Made by a program: the position numbers and the translations under genes. The notes beneath the pieces were generated by a model, which saw only the letters and a list, made by a program, of their open reading frames with translations, made no database searches and was not told the DNA's origin. 64,000 nucleotides of DNA, taken from positions 126,094-190,093 of the IMG/VR virus record IMGVR_UViG_3300030330_006619. One strand, given 5' to 3'. Positions 57,230-64,000 of this stretch are shown piece by piece. Origin of the DNA: a virus. Its lineage: Duplodnaviria > Caudoviricetes. Position 1 is the stretch's first letter. Each line of letters starts with the position of its first letter.

Positions 57230-57425
57230 TTTACAGCCAGGAGATGTTGTGTTTGTCACATCTGGGGCAGACAAGATAGTGAGAGATGAAAAGATAGCAG
57301 CAAGAGCAGTTATAATCCAGAAAATACCAGATTCCATTTGGTATAGAGTTTTTATGTCATGGTCTGATAAAACAAAAATTGTGGACTTCCCAGCGCATAT
57401 GCTAAGGAAAGTAAATGAAAACTAA
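57219..57425 (+). CDS. small beta-barrel-like protein (PGDVV)
   Basis: LQPGDVVFV...AVII...YRVF...LRKVNEN. Confidence 0.65.
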   Translation: MQTSLQPGDVVFVTSGADKIVRDEKIAARAVIIQKIPDSIWYRVFMSWSDKTKIVDFPAHMLRKVNEN

Positions 57426-57657
57426 ACTACACCCAGGCGACCTTGTGTATACGCACCCACAAGACAACCCTGAACATATTAGAAGGATGCCTTCTTATGC
57501 ACATCTGACACCGTATCTTGTGTTATCGGTTGATCATGGCACTCGGCCCACGTCAGAGGTTTGGTTTAGGTTAATGTCAACAAGCAAGATTACAGGTGAG
57601 ACAAGGATTGTTAAGTTGCCAGAGAACATGCTCTCGCCTTACGAGGAGCTTTTATGA
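57415..57657 (+). CDS. small beta-barrel-like protein (PGDLV)
   Basis: LHPGDLVY...YLVL. Confidence 0.6.
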   Translation: MKTKLHPGDLVYTHPQDNPEHIRRMPSYAHLTPYLVLSVDHGTRPTSEVWFRLMSTSKITGETRIVKLPENMLSPYEELL

Positions 57658-57950
57658 ACGAAGTATATAATTTGAGGATCGGTGACATGCTCTATAATGA
57701 CAAGGCTTATGGTACCGCCGGTGAAGTAGAGAGTGCTAACATCGTTGGAATTGTTTATAAGATGACACCAAAATATATTTACTATGCTGTCTGTGCGCGA
57801 AAGCATAACGACCCCGACGGTGATCACTTCGTGACAAAAGACAACAGGTCCAAAAAATCTACAATTTACAACTCTATTCGAAAAGGCACGGTGGGCATTA
57901 GTTATTCTAACGGTACCAAACGAAGAAGAAAAATTGAAGATTTTTCTTGA
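57654..57950 (+). CDS. small protein (IGDML)
   Basis: LRIGDMLY...VGIVY; RBS GAGGAG. Confidence 0.6.
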   Translation: MNEVYNLRIGDMLYNDKAYGTAGEVESANIVGIVYKMTPKYIYYAVCARKHNDPDGDHFVTKDNRSKKSTIYNSIRKGTVGISYSNGTKRRRKIEDFS

Positions 57951-57980
57951 CTTTTTATAAAATTTGTGGCAATATGAGAT

Positions 57981-58217
57981 ATGATTAAACAAGCTATTGA
58001 TATTGGAGATCTTGTTGAATGCTACCTTGGCAAAGGGGAAGAGAAAATGACAGGCGTAGTTGTGGAAAGAAAGGCTATCAACCCAATGTATAACACAGAC
58101 AGGACTTTCCACCCAGATGAATATCATTGTAAGGTTTTGATTCTTAACTCAGAGCCAGAAAATGAGCAACGATGGATCCGCACCAAGTGGTTGAAATTAT
58201 TATCAAAATCTTCTTGA
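57981..58217 (+). CDS. small beta-barrel-like protein (IGDLV)
   Basis: IDIGDLVEC...TGVVV...CKVL...WLKLL. Confidence 0.65.
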   Translation: MIKQAIDIGDLVECYLGKGEEKMTGVVVERKAINPMYNTDRTFHPDEYHCKVLILNSEPENEQRWIRTKWLKLLSKSS

Positions 58218-58242
58218 CATTTTTAACAATCTCTGATACTAT
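58214..58242 (+). promoter_or_regulatory. sigma70-type promoter
   Basis: TTGACA-17-TACTAT with extended -10 TG. Confidence 0.75.
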
Positions 58243-58268
58243 TATATTACAACAATGAAGGAGTGGAA

Positions 58269-58874
58269 ATGAGCCACCTAAAAAACTATATCAACCAGAT
58301 GACCAACCCAGAACTTATCGGTCTTGCCAAGAACAGATTCCTTGACACAGAAGATCAAGTTGCTATTGCCAAGCATCACTACCGCAGAGCGCACAACTAT
58401 CTTATTGAGAACAGTAGCTTATCTCGATCAGCTAGAGATATCCTTTGGGATTACAAGGGTTATGCAAGAAAGTGTGAGCTTATCACATACGGGCATTTCC
58501 TCGAAGAGCAAGATAAGTACCATGAGCTTTACGATGGCTATGCAGCACAGATGCGCGGTCGGTCACCTTGGCGTCTCCCTCGTGTTTTTCTGCACCACTA
58601 TCGGTGGCACTCCCACGGTGTTTCATCGCGGTCTCAAAACACAGGAACACCACCAGAAATCATTGAAGACATCTACCTTAAAGATGTTCAGCGCCTGAGA
58701 GCGACAACCAATGAGGCATACTCTGGTTACTACTACTCAGGGCCGTCAACCACTGAGAGGATGATTATTGAGAATGAGAACACACCACTTGAACTCATTG
58801 TAAAAATTTCAGCATCGTCACCAGATGACCGTAATCGCAATCTTGCAATGAAAACCATGGCAAGACGCAGTTAA
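58269..58874 (+). CDS. hypothetical protein
   Basis: RBS AAGGAG; NENTPLEL resembles an LRV/HEAT-like repeat end. Confidence 0.65.
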   Translation: MSHLKNYINQMTNPELIGLAKNRFLDTEDQVAIAKHHYRRAHNYLIENSSLSRSARDILWDYKGYARKCELITYGHFLEEQDKYHELYDGYAAQMRGRSPWRLPRVFLHHYRWHSHGVSSRSQNTGTPPEIIEDIYLKDVQRLRATTNEAYSGYYYSGPSTTERMIIENENTPLELIVKISASSPDDRNRNLAMKTMARRS

Positions 58875-58893
58875 ATTTTTTATGATTTTTATG

Positions 58894-58922
58894 TTGACAA
58901 AATCAGTTAATTATGACATACT
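58894..58922 (+). promoter_or_regulatory. sigma70-type promoter
   Basis: TTGACA-17-CATACT with extended -10 TG. Confidence 0.7.
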
Positions 58923-58970
58923 AGTTAAAGATAGAGAAAGAAAAAACGCCAACAAACAAGGAGATTACTA

Positions 58971-60038
58971 ATGGCTGTTGACTTCGCTACATTTTCCCAG
59001 ATCGTCCATCACGTAACTAACGTCCGCAAGCCTGTGTTGCTTCGTGGCCGTCACGGCATTGGTAAGTCTACTGTCGTCTACCAATACGCCGCCAAGCAAA
59101 ATATGGAAGTCGTTGAGAGGCGAGCGTCTCAGATGACCGAAGGTGACTTGGTTGGTCTACCTTCCATCGAAGGCAACTCGACTTCGTTCAACCCACCAGA
59201 TTGGTTCAAAGCTGCGTGTGACCGACCTGTTGTTTTGTTTCTCGACGAAGTAGACCGCGCCACCTTGGAAGTCCGCCAAGGTATCTTCGAGCTTACTGAT
59301 TCTCGTAAGCTCAACGGACACACGCTCCACCCAGACACTCTCGTCTTTGCGGCCGTCAACGGCGGTGAACATGGAGCGCAATATCAGGTAGGTGAGATGG
59401 ACCCAGCCGAACTAGACCGCTGGACCGTGTTCGATATCGAGCCTTCCGTGGAGGACTGGCTGTCTTGGGCGAAGGAATCCAATGTCTCTGATGAGGTCTG
59501 GAACTTCATCAATGGCAACCGCGCTCACCTTGAGCATACAGACGACTTTGAGCCGAACAAGGTTTACCCTTCTCGTCGGTCATGGGAGCGTCTAGACCAG
59601 TGCCTGGCCCAGGCTGATCTACTCAAGGAAGCCAGTCCTGCACTTTACAATTTGACTGCTGCCTTCGTTGGGTTTGAGGCAGCTGTGGCTTTCAACGACT
59701 TTGTTCTGAATTATGATCGTCAGGTTACTGTTGACGATATCCTGATTCAAGGCAACTTTGCTAAGGTTGCGGACTTTGGTATCAATGACCATACTGCAAT
59801 CATCGACAAGTTCGAGGCAGAGGAGACATTCCACAACGAGCTTGACCAAGAGCTAATTAACAACTTGGCTCGATACTTCGTGATGCTTCCATCCGAGGTC
59901 GCTATGAAGCTGTGGACTGTAATGGGCAAGGGTGATGTGAACAACACTGTCAAACTGCACAAGTCCGAGGTAGATGGCGAGTCCGTATCCAAGCACTTCG
60001 TTCGACTCATCAACGGGTCGGAGGAAGACAAGAAATAG
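58971..60038 (+). CDS. MoxR-like AAA+ ATPase
   Basis: Walker A GRHGIGKS, DLVGLP, PPDW, Walker B LFLDEVDRA, MDPAELDRW, PSRRSW. Confidence 0.88.
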   Translation: MAVDFATFSQIVHHVTNVRKPVLLRGRHGIGKSTVVYQYAAKQNMEVVERRASQMTEGDLVGLPSIEGNSTSFNPPDWFKAACDRPVVLFLDEVDRATLEVRQGIFELTDSRKLNGHTLHPDTLVFAAVNGGEHGAQYQVGEMDPAELDRWTVFDIEPSVEDWLSWAKESNVSDEVWNFINGNRAHLEHTDDFEPNKVYPSRRSWERLDQCLAQADLLKEASPALYNLTAAFVGFEAAVAFNDFVLNYDRQVTVDDILIQGNFAKVADFGINDHTAIIDKFEAEETFHNELDQELINNLARYFVMLPSEVAMKLWTVMGKGDVNNTVKLHKSEVDGESVSKHFVRLINGSEEDKK

Positions 60039-60041
60039 TTG

Positions 60042-60070
60042 TTGACAAATCAAACTATTTATAGTAAGAT
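60042..60070 (+). promoter_or_regulatory. sigma70-type promoter with an overlapping ACTATTTAT motif
   Basis: TTGACA-17-TAAGAT; ACTATTTAT lies in the spacer. Confidence 0.65.
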
Positions 60071-60099
60071 ATAGTTGTACTTAATTATTGGAGGCTGTC

Positions 60100-61329
60100 A
60101 TGTCTGGTCAGGAATTTGATCTCAATCTAAACACCGCACGTCTTCTTATGGAAGAACCATTCTTTGCGGCTATCTCACGTCGCATTGACAAGCGAGCATC
60201 TTATGCAATCCCCACCGCTGGGGTCATGGTCAACCCTGATACCGCTCAGTTCGAGATGCTATACAATCCCAAGTTCTTTGCAGACTTGACAGACCTTCAA
60301 CGTGCTGACGTGCTCAAGCACGAGTTCTATCATGTGCTGTTTGAACACGTCACTGGTAGATTGCCTGAAGGTGTCAACATCAAGTTGTGGAACATTGCAA
60401 CTGACTTGGCAATCAATTCACACCTGCATAATTTACCAGAAGGTGGCCTCATCCCTGGCGAGAAAGATACTCCGTTCGAGCATCTTCCAAGCGGCGAGTC
60501 AGCAGAGTGGTACATGGCAAATATGCCAGAGTTTGACAACAACAAAGGTGACAGCCAATCGGGTCCATCCAGCTCTGAGTCTCAGGGCCAGGGCGAGTCT
60601 GGCGGAGATCCAGCTGACAATGACGGTCAGTCTGGCGGGATCCCTGATACTCTCGATGACCATTCGGGCTGGCAAGAATGCTCCCAGGAGATCAAAGAAA
60701 TGGCCAGGGAGCGCTTGAAAGAAGTTGTGCGTAAGGCAGCTGAGGAAGCGAGTGCTTCAAATCGCTGGGGTTCTGTGTCTCAGGAAACCCGAAAGAAAGT
60801 TATGAAGATGCTTGAGACTAAGGTTGATTGGCGCAAGGTCCTTCGATATTTTGTCAAGTCTTCCCAGCGAGCCAATCGCTCTAGCTCAATCAAGCGAATC
60901 AACCGACGCTATGCTTATGTTCACCCAGGCCGTAAGTCAAACCGCGTCGCACGAGTTGCCGTTTCAGTTGATCAGTCTGGGTCTGTTGATGACAAGATGC
61001 TTGCTATGTTCTTCGCAGAACTTAACAAGCTGGCACAAATCGCAGAGTTTGTCGTAATTCCTTTTGATACTCGTGTCGACGACGATAAGGTTTTTACGTG
61101 GAAGAAGGGGCAAACAAAGCTGCCAGAGCGTGTACTCCAGGGCGGCACTTGTTTTGATGCTCCAACAGAATATGTAAACAAAAAAGGTTTTGATGGGCAT
61201 ATCGTTTTGACAGATATGTGTGCACCTAAGCCAAAGTCAAGCAAGTGTCAAAGAATGTGGATGACAACGAAAGAGCACGCTGGTAGAAACTACTTCTCGA
61301 CTAATGAGCGAGTGGTCGCAGTGGATTAA
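60100..61329 (+). CDS. metallopeptidase-like + vWA domain protein (DUF2201-like), partner of the AAA+ ATPase
   Basis: IPTAGV, HEFYH (HExxH), WNIATDLAIN, DDHSGW, VDQSGS MIDAS, GGT.F, LTD. Confidence 0.85.
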   Translation: MSGQEFDLNLNTARLLMEEPFFAAISRRIDKRASYAIPTAGVMVNPDTAQFEMLYNPKFFADLTDLQRADVLKHEFYHVLFEHVTGRLPEGVNIKLWNIATDLAINSHLHNLPEGGLIPGEKDTPFEHLPSGESAEWYMANMPEFDNNKGDSQSGPSSSESQGQGESGGDPADNDGQSGGIPDTLDDHSGWQECSQEIKEMARERLKEVVRKAAEEASASNRWGSVSQETRKKVMKMLETKVDWRKVLRYFVKSSQRANRSSSIKRINRRYAYVHPGRKSNRVARVAVSVDQSGSVDDKMLAMFFAELNKLAQIAEFVVIPFDTRVDDDKVFTWKKGQTKLPERVLQGGTCFDAPTEYVNKKGFDGHIVLTDMCAPKPKSSKCQRMWMTTKEHAGRNYFSTNERVVAVD

Positions 61330-61543
61330 AATCCACCTATGGGATAGGTGGTGTCGGTTGGTCAATCACTGTTTATATGCAGTGCAGCCGGCGGATTCTT
61401 GGATATTATATAGGTACTTGGCGCGATTGTCTATAACCGCGTCCGTGTTCTTATCCTGGGCAATAGCAAACACCTGGGTGACAGAGAAAGAAAATAAAAT
61501 TAGACATAGGCTGGCGGATGTCAAGGCGGTGAGGACAGTCTGA
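61304..61543 (+). CDS. hypothetical protein
   Basis: Fills the gap after the vWA gene; weak support. Confidence 0.35.
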   Translation: MSEWSQWIKIHLWDRWCRLVNHCLYAVQPADSWILYRYLARLSITASVFLSWAIANTWVTEKENKIRHRLADVKAVRTV

Positions 61544-61585
61544 CCCAAGAATCTACTTTTGTTGCTTTTATTTCATATTTATAGT

Positions 61586-61813
61586 ATGGAGTCAAAGTAT
61601 TGTCCTGGTGATTTTGTCGCATGTTATATATCTAATACTGAAGTCTATGAGCAGCTTTTAATGTGGGGGATGGTAATTGAAGTATCTCCTACCTTAGAGG
61701 ATATTTTGGTTTTGGACCCCGATGGAAATAGTAATTGGTGGCCATCCCGCCGTTGGCGACCTTTAGTAGAAAAGAGTGAGAAAACTCTTGACATTATCGG
61801 CACTTTAGCGTAA
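61586..61813 (+). CDS. small beta-barrel-like protein (PGDFV)
   Basis: YCPGDFV...WGMVIEV...ILVL; ATG 61586. Confidence 0.6.
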   Translation: MESKYCPGDFVACYISNTEVYEQLLMWGMVIEVSPTLEDILVLDPDGNSNWWPSRRWRPLVEKSEKTLDIIGTLA

Positions 61814-61816
61814 AAT
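61788..61816 (+). promoter_or_regulatory. sigma70-type promoter
   Basis: TTGACA-17-TAAAAT. Confidence 0.75.
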
Positions 61817-61846
61817 ATAAATACAACAATCACAAAGGGAAAACAA

Positions 61847-62077
61847 ATGATTCGCTGTAGATCTGAAATGCCAATGAAAAAGCTGGAAATAGACCTCACA
61901 GGTCCCGAAGGGAACGCCCACGTCCTAATGGCGTATGCTAGAAGGTGGGGTAGGCAGCTTGGTTATAGTGAACATAAAATCAAGTGCATCATCGACGAGA
62001 TGATGTTGACCAACTATGAAGGTTTACTTTACACCTTCGACCGCGAGTTCGGACAATTTGTAACACTCTGGAGATAA
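61847..62077 (+). CDS. conserved phage hypothetical protein
   Basis: IDLTGPEGNA..LM...EM...NYE.L...F pattern. Confidence 0.7.
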   Translation: MIRCRSEMPMKKLEIDLTGPEGNAHVLMAYARRWGRQLGYSEHKIKCIIDEMMLTNYEGLLYTFDREFGQFVTLWR

Positions 62078-62078
62078 A

Positions 62079-62399
62079 ATGTTTGATAATTTTGTAGACG
62101 AAAAGACAGCAAGAAGAAGAGTCCTGGCGCAAGGCAGACATATCCTTCAGTCAATCATTGAATCATATGACTCAGGTATGCTCGATGACCCTCGTCAAGC
62201 CGCCAATCTTTGTACTCTTTTCGCTCTTTGTATCGAGGGCAAAGTTGTTGCAACTTTTGATGAAGAGACCGCGACCACAAAATGGTCCCTAACGGAGAAC
62301 TGGACTCAGCATCTCCGCGATGTTGAGAAGTCAATTTTCGACTCAAAAATAATTAAAGGTCCATGGGAAAAAACAGTTGACAAACCGCTAAATACCTGA
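62079..62399 (+). CDS. hypothetical protein
   Basis: RBS GGAG; ends in IIKGPW. Confidence 0.65.
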   Translation: MFDNFVDEKTARRRVLAQGRHILQSIIESYDSGMLDDPRQAANLCTLFALCIEGKVVATFDEETATTKWSLTENWTQHLRDVEKSIFDSKIIKGPWEKTVDKPLNT

Positions 62400-62405
62400 T
62401 ATTAT
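62377..62405 (+). promoter_or_regulatory. sigma70-type promoter heading cassette array 2
   Basis: TTGACA-17-TATTAT with extended -10 TG. Confidence 0.75.
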
Positions 62406-62433
62406 TATAATATAAACAATCAGGGAGTATCCA

Positions 62434-62637
62434 ATGTCTGTCGCAATCTGTATCAAATGCCAAGAAGAGTACAACCCACGCCGCCTTGCGCTTGGTTATC
62501 GAACTTGCCTTACCTGTGGTGGCAAATCAGCACTGATCGAGAAAGCTCGTAAGGCAAAGTGTTCCGCCCCAGCGTACAACAAGGGCGCATACCAGTACGT
62601 CGGTACTGTCCAAGCCGCCCGAGGAGTGGGACGATGA
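62434..62637 (+). CDS. DksA/TraR-type C4 zinc-finger protein
   Basis: CIKCQEEYNPRRLALGYRTCLTC. Confidence 0.65.
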   Translation: MSVAICIKCQEEYNPRRLALGYRTCLTCGGKSALIEKARKAKCSAPAYNKGAYQYVGTVQAARGVGR

Positions 62638-62819
62638 TTCGTTTTTCTATTTTGTTTCTATTCTCTATTTTCCTCACTGGTTGTCCAATGGAGGAGGACT
62701 GCGACACTGTTATGCAGTGTGAAGACGATGTTGAGATGCTTTGTGATAGGACCGACTCAGGTTGTGGTGAGTCTTGCCACTACTATGTTTACGAGAGTTG
62801 CTACGAGGTCTGCAAATGA
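62634..62819 (+). CDS. small Cys-rich lipoprotein
   Basis: ATG 62634 after GAGGAG; lipobox FLTGC; acidic Cys-rich mature part. Confidence 0.65.
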   Translation: MIRFSILFLFSIFLTGCPMEEDCDTVMQCEDDVEMLCDRTDSGCGESCHYYVYESCYEVCK

Positions 62820-63022
62820 AGGTTGGAGACTTGGTTAGATTGTCGGAGTATGGTATCATGCGAGACTACAACAGCGCACTTGTAGTGGATGATTCTCAGC
62901 AGCTAGGTGTAATCACAGCAGTATGGCTTGGTAATTACCCCTACAGGGTCCACTGGATGAAATCACACAGCAGGCGGCATCTAGTCAATTCTCACTCAAG
63001 GAGGGAGTTGAAGTATGTCTAG
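62816..63022 (+). CDS. MKVGD-family cassette gene
   Basis: ATG 62816: MKVGDLVRL...LGVI...YRVHW...RRELKYV. Confidence 0.75.
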   Translation: MKVGDLVRLSEYGIMRDYNSALVVDDSQQLGVITAVWLGNYPYRVHWMKSHSRRHLVNSHSRRELKYV

Positions 63023-63215
63023 GGCAATCAAAGTTGGTGACTTGGTAAAGATGCCGCCAAACCATACTTACTGGTGGGGCGATCAGGTCGGAATCATTGA
63101 CATTGTGGAACCAGAAGGAAGCTCTTACGTTACTTACCGCGTGTTTGTCCCTGGTCACGGCTTCGCACGCTTCGGTCAGATGGATTTTGTGGAGGTGCTC
63201 AGTGAAGGTCGGTGA
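63015..63215 (+). CDS. MKVGD-family cassette gene
   Basis: IKVGDLV...VGII...YRVF...VEVLSEGR. Confidence 0.75.
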   Translation: MSRAIKVGDLVKMPPNHTYWWGDQVGIIDIVEPEGSSYVTYRVFVPGHGFARFGQMDFVEVLSEGR

Positions 63216-63372
63216 TTTGGTAGTATACTACCCGAAGAAGCACCCAGACAGTTGGGAACACATTGGCGTTGTGCTACAGATCAACACTGAGGGCGGCACG
63301 GTTAAGGTCCAGCGCCAGCGCGAAGGTGATGCAAAGTGGTGGGTCACGAGCGGCTGCAAGGTTATCAAGTGA
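63202..63372 (+). CDS. MKVGD-family cassette gene
   Basis: GTG 63202: MKVGDLVVY...IGVVL...VKV...CKVIK. Confidence 0.75.
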   Translation: MKVGDLVVYYPKKHPDSWEHIGVVLQINTEGGTVKVQRQREGDAKWWVTSGCKVIK

Positions 63373-63584
63373 GCCGGCTCAGCGTTGGCGACCTCGTGAC
63401 TGATGATTTCTACGAGGACTTGGGTATCATCATCTCGCCTCCACGACTATCATCGGACTGTGACCTTGTTAAATTCGGTGTAATGAACGGTGATGTCTAT
63501 GAAGTTGTAGATGTTCTTTGTACTGATGGTAGTGTTCGTTTGTTTACAACCGATGAGCTGAGGAAAATCAATGAAAGTCGGTGA
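63369..63584 (+). CDS. MKVGD-family cassette gene
   Basis: GTG 63369: MSRLSVGDLV...LGIII...VDVL...LRKINESR. Confidence 0.72.
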   Translation: MSRLSVGDLVTDDFYEDLGIIISPPRLSSDCDLVKFGVMNGDVYEVVDVLCTDGSVRLFTTDELRKINESR

Positions 63585-63774
63585 TCTAGTAAAGTACAGG
63601 GCTTACCACTCCACACTTAAGGACGTCAGGGGTATAGTGTGTGAGATTCGATATAAGTATGGATACGGAGGAGCACCAGAACGGGCCCGCGTAATCTGGA
63701 ACCATGACCGTGTTCAGTGGGATGGAGTTATGGATTGGGTTGATGACCTGGAGATAATCAATGAAAGTCGGTGA
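63571..63774 (+). CDS. MKVGD-family cassette gene
   Basis: MKVGDLVKY...RGIV...RVIW...LEIINESR. Confidence 0.78.
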   Translation: MKVGDLVKYRAYHSTLKDVRGIVCEIRYKYGYGGAPERARVIWNHDRVQWDGVMDWVDDLEIINESR

Positions 63775-63946
63775 TTTAGTACGAGTCCGCCCCCACATCA
63801 CATCTAACCATGTGCTGATAGCCAAGTCTGTAGTGGGTTTTCTTGTCCATAATCACGGCGACGGCTATCACAATGTTGTGCTAGATAATGGTGTAAAAAT
63901 TATGACTACATATGCGAACCTGGAGGTTATCAGTGAAAGTCGGTGA
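63761..63946 (+). CDS. MKVGD-family cassette gene
   Basis: MKVGDLVRV...VGFLV...NVVL...LEVISESR. Confidence 0.78.
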   Translation: MKVGDLVRVRPHITSNHVLIAKSVVGFLVHNHGDGYHNVVLDNGVKIMTTYANLEVISESR

Positions 63947-64000
63947 TTTAGTAAGGGACAATCATCCAAGTTGGATGAGGGCCGAACGAATTGGTGTGAT
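63933..64000 (+). CDS. MKVGD-family cassette gene, truncated by the window edge
   Basis: GTG 63933: MKVGDLVRDNHPSWMRAERIGV... Confidence 0.7.
   Translation, partial: MKVGDLVRDNHPSWMRAERIGV

Larger units (their letters stand above)
62805..64000 (+). repeat. cassette array 2: same junction repeat, running off the window end
   Basis: Copies around the starts at 62816 (variant), 63202, 63369 (left half), 63571, 63761 and 63933. Confidence 0.85.

Noticed and set aside
9355-61548. Other minus-strand ORFs in the track
   Set aside because: They lie opposite well-supported + strand genes, and the promoters, RBSs and terminators found all point in the + direction
53276-63584. Track starts at 53276, 54451, 62559, 62774, 63097 and 63336
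   Set aside because: These are longest-ORF artefacts; RBS position and the family motif place the starts at 53351, 54505, 62634, 62816, 63202 and 63369
53522-64000. Junction repeats as a CRISPR array
   Set aside because: Repeats are degenerate and non-palindromic, the intervals are 150-900-nt ORFs rather than ~35-nt spacers, and no cas genes are recognisable
53522-64000. Classical integron (attC) or diversity-generating retroelement
   Set aside because: No attC-like inverted-repeat structure, no tyrosine integrase or reverse transcriptase in the window, and no template/variable repeat pair differing only at adenines
1-64000. Stop-codon reassignment, inteins, introns, tRNA or rRNA genes
   Set aside because: Core genes are intact and of normal length under code 11 with all three stops used; no intein-sized insertions in DnaE, RNR, helicase or RecA; no tRNA-like sequence noticed in the short intergenic gaps (tRNAscan not run)

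Overview
This is a 64-kb, almost entirely + strand segment of a large contractile-tailed dsDNA bacteriophage using the standard genetic code (TAA, TAG and TGA are all used as stops). 1-20.3 kb holds neck, tail and baseplate morphogenesis genes: neck proteins, a repeat-rich fibre, sheath, tube, tail chaperone with a probable +1 frameshift partner, tape measure and baseplate. 20.3-40 kb is replication and nucleotide metabolism: minimal PolA, tubulin-like protein, SSB, RecA, 5'-3' exonuclease, helicase, class II RNR, ThyX, DnaE, dUTPase and GuaB, plus a myxobacterial-type Cys-rich/vWA lipoprotein. 40-51.5 kb encodes proteostasis functions (ClpP, GroEL, Hsp20 with a ROSE-like thermometer), envelope cargo (MlaC-like, SRPBCC) and probable internal head proteins. 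51.6-64 kb is a sigma70-driven accessory region. Its most striking feature is an array of tiny 'MKVGDLV...LEVISESR' genes with variable interiors. They are chained by a conserved ~28-nt junction (GAGGTNATCARTGAAAGTCGGTGATYTRGT) that is at once the last codons and stop of one gene and the RBS and start of the next. Unrelated cargo genes (DUF523, uvsE) use the same junction, suggesting a recombination-shuffled gene-cassette system. All family calls come from motif recognition by eye; no searches were run. The host guess (Myxococcota/deltaproteobacteria-like) is an inference.
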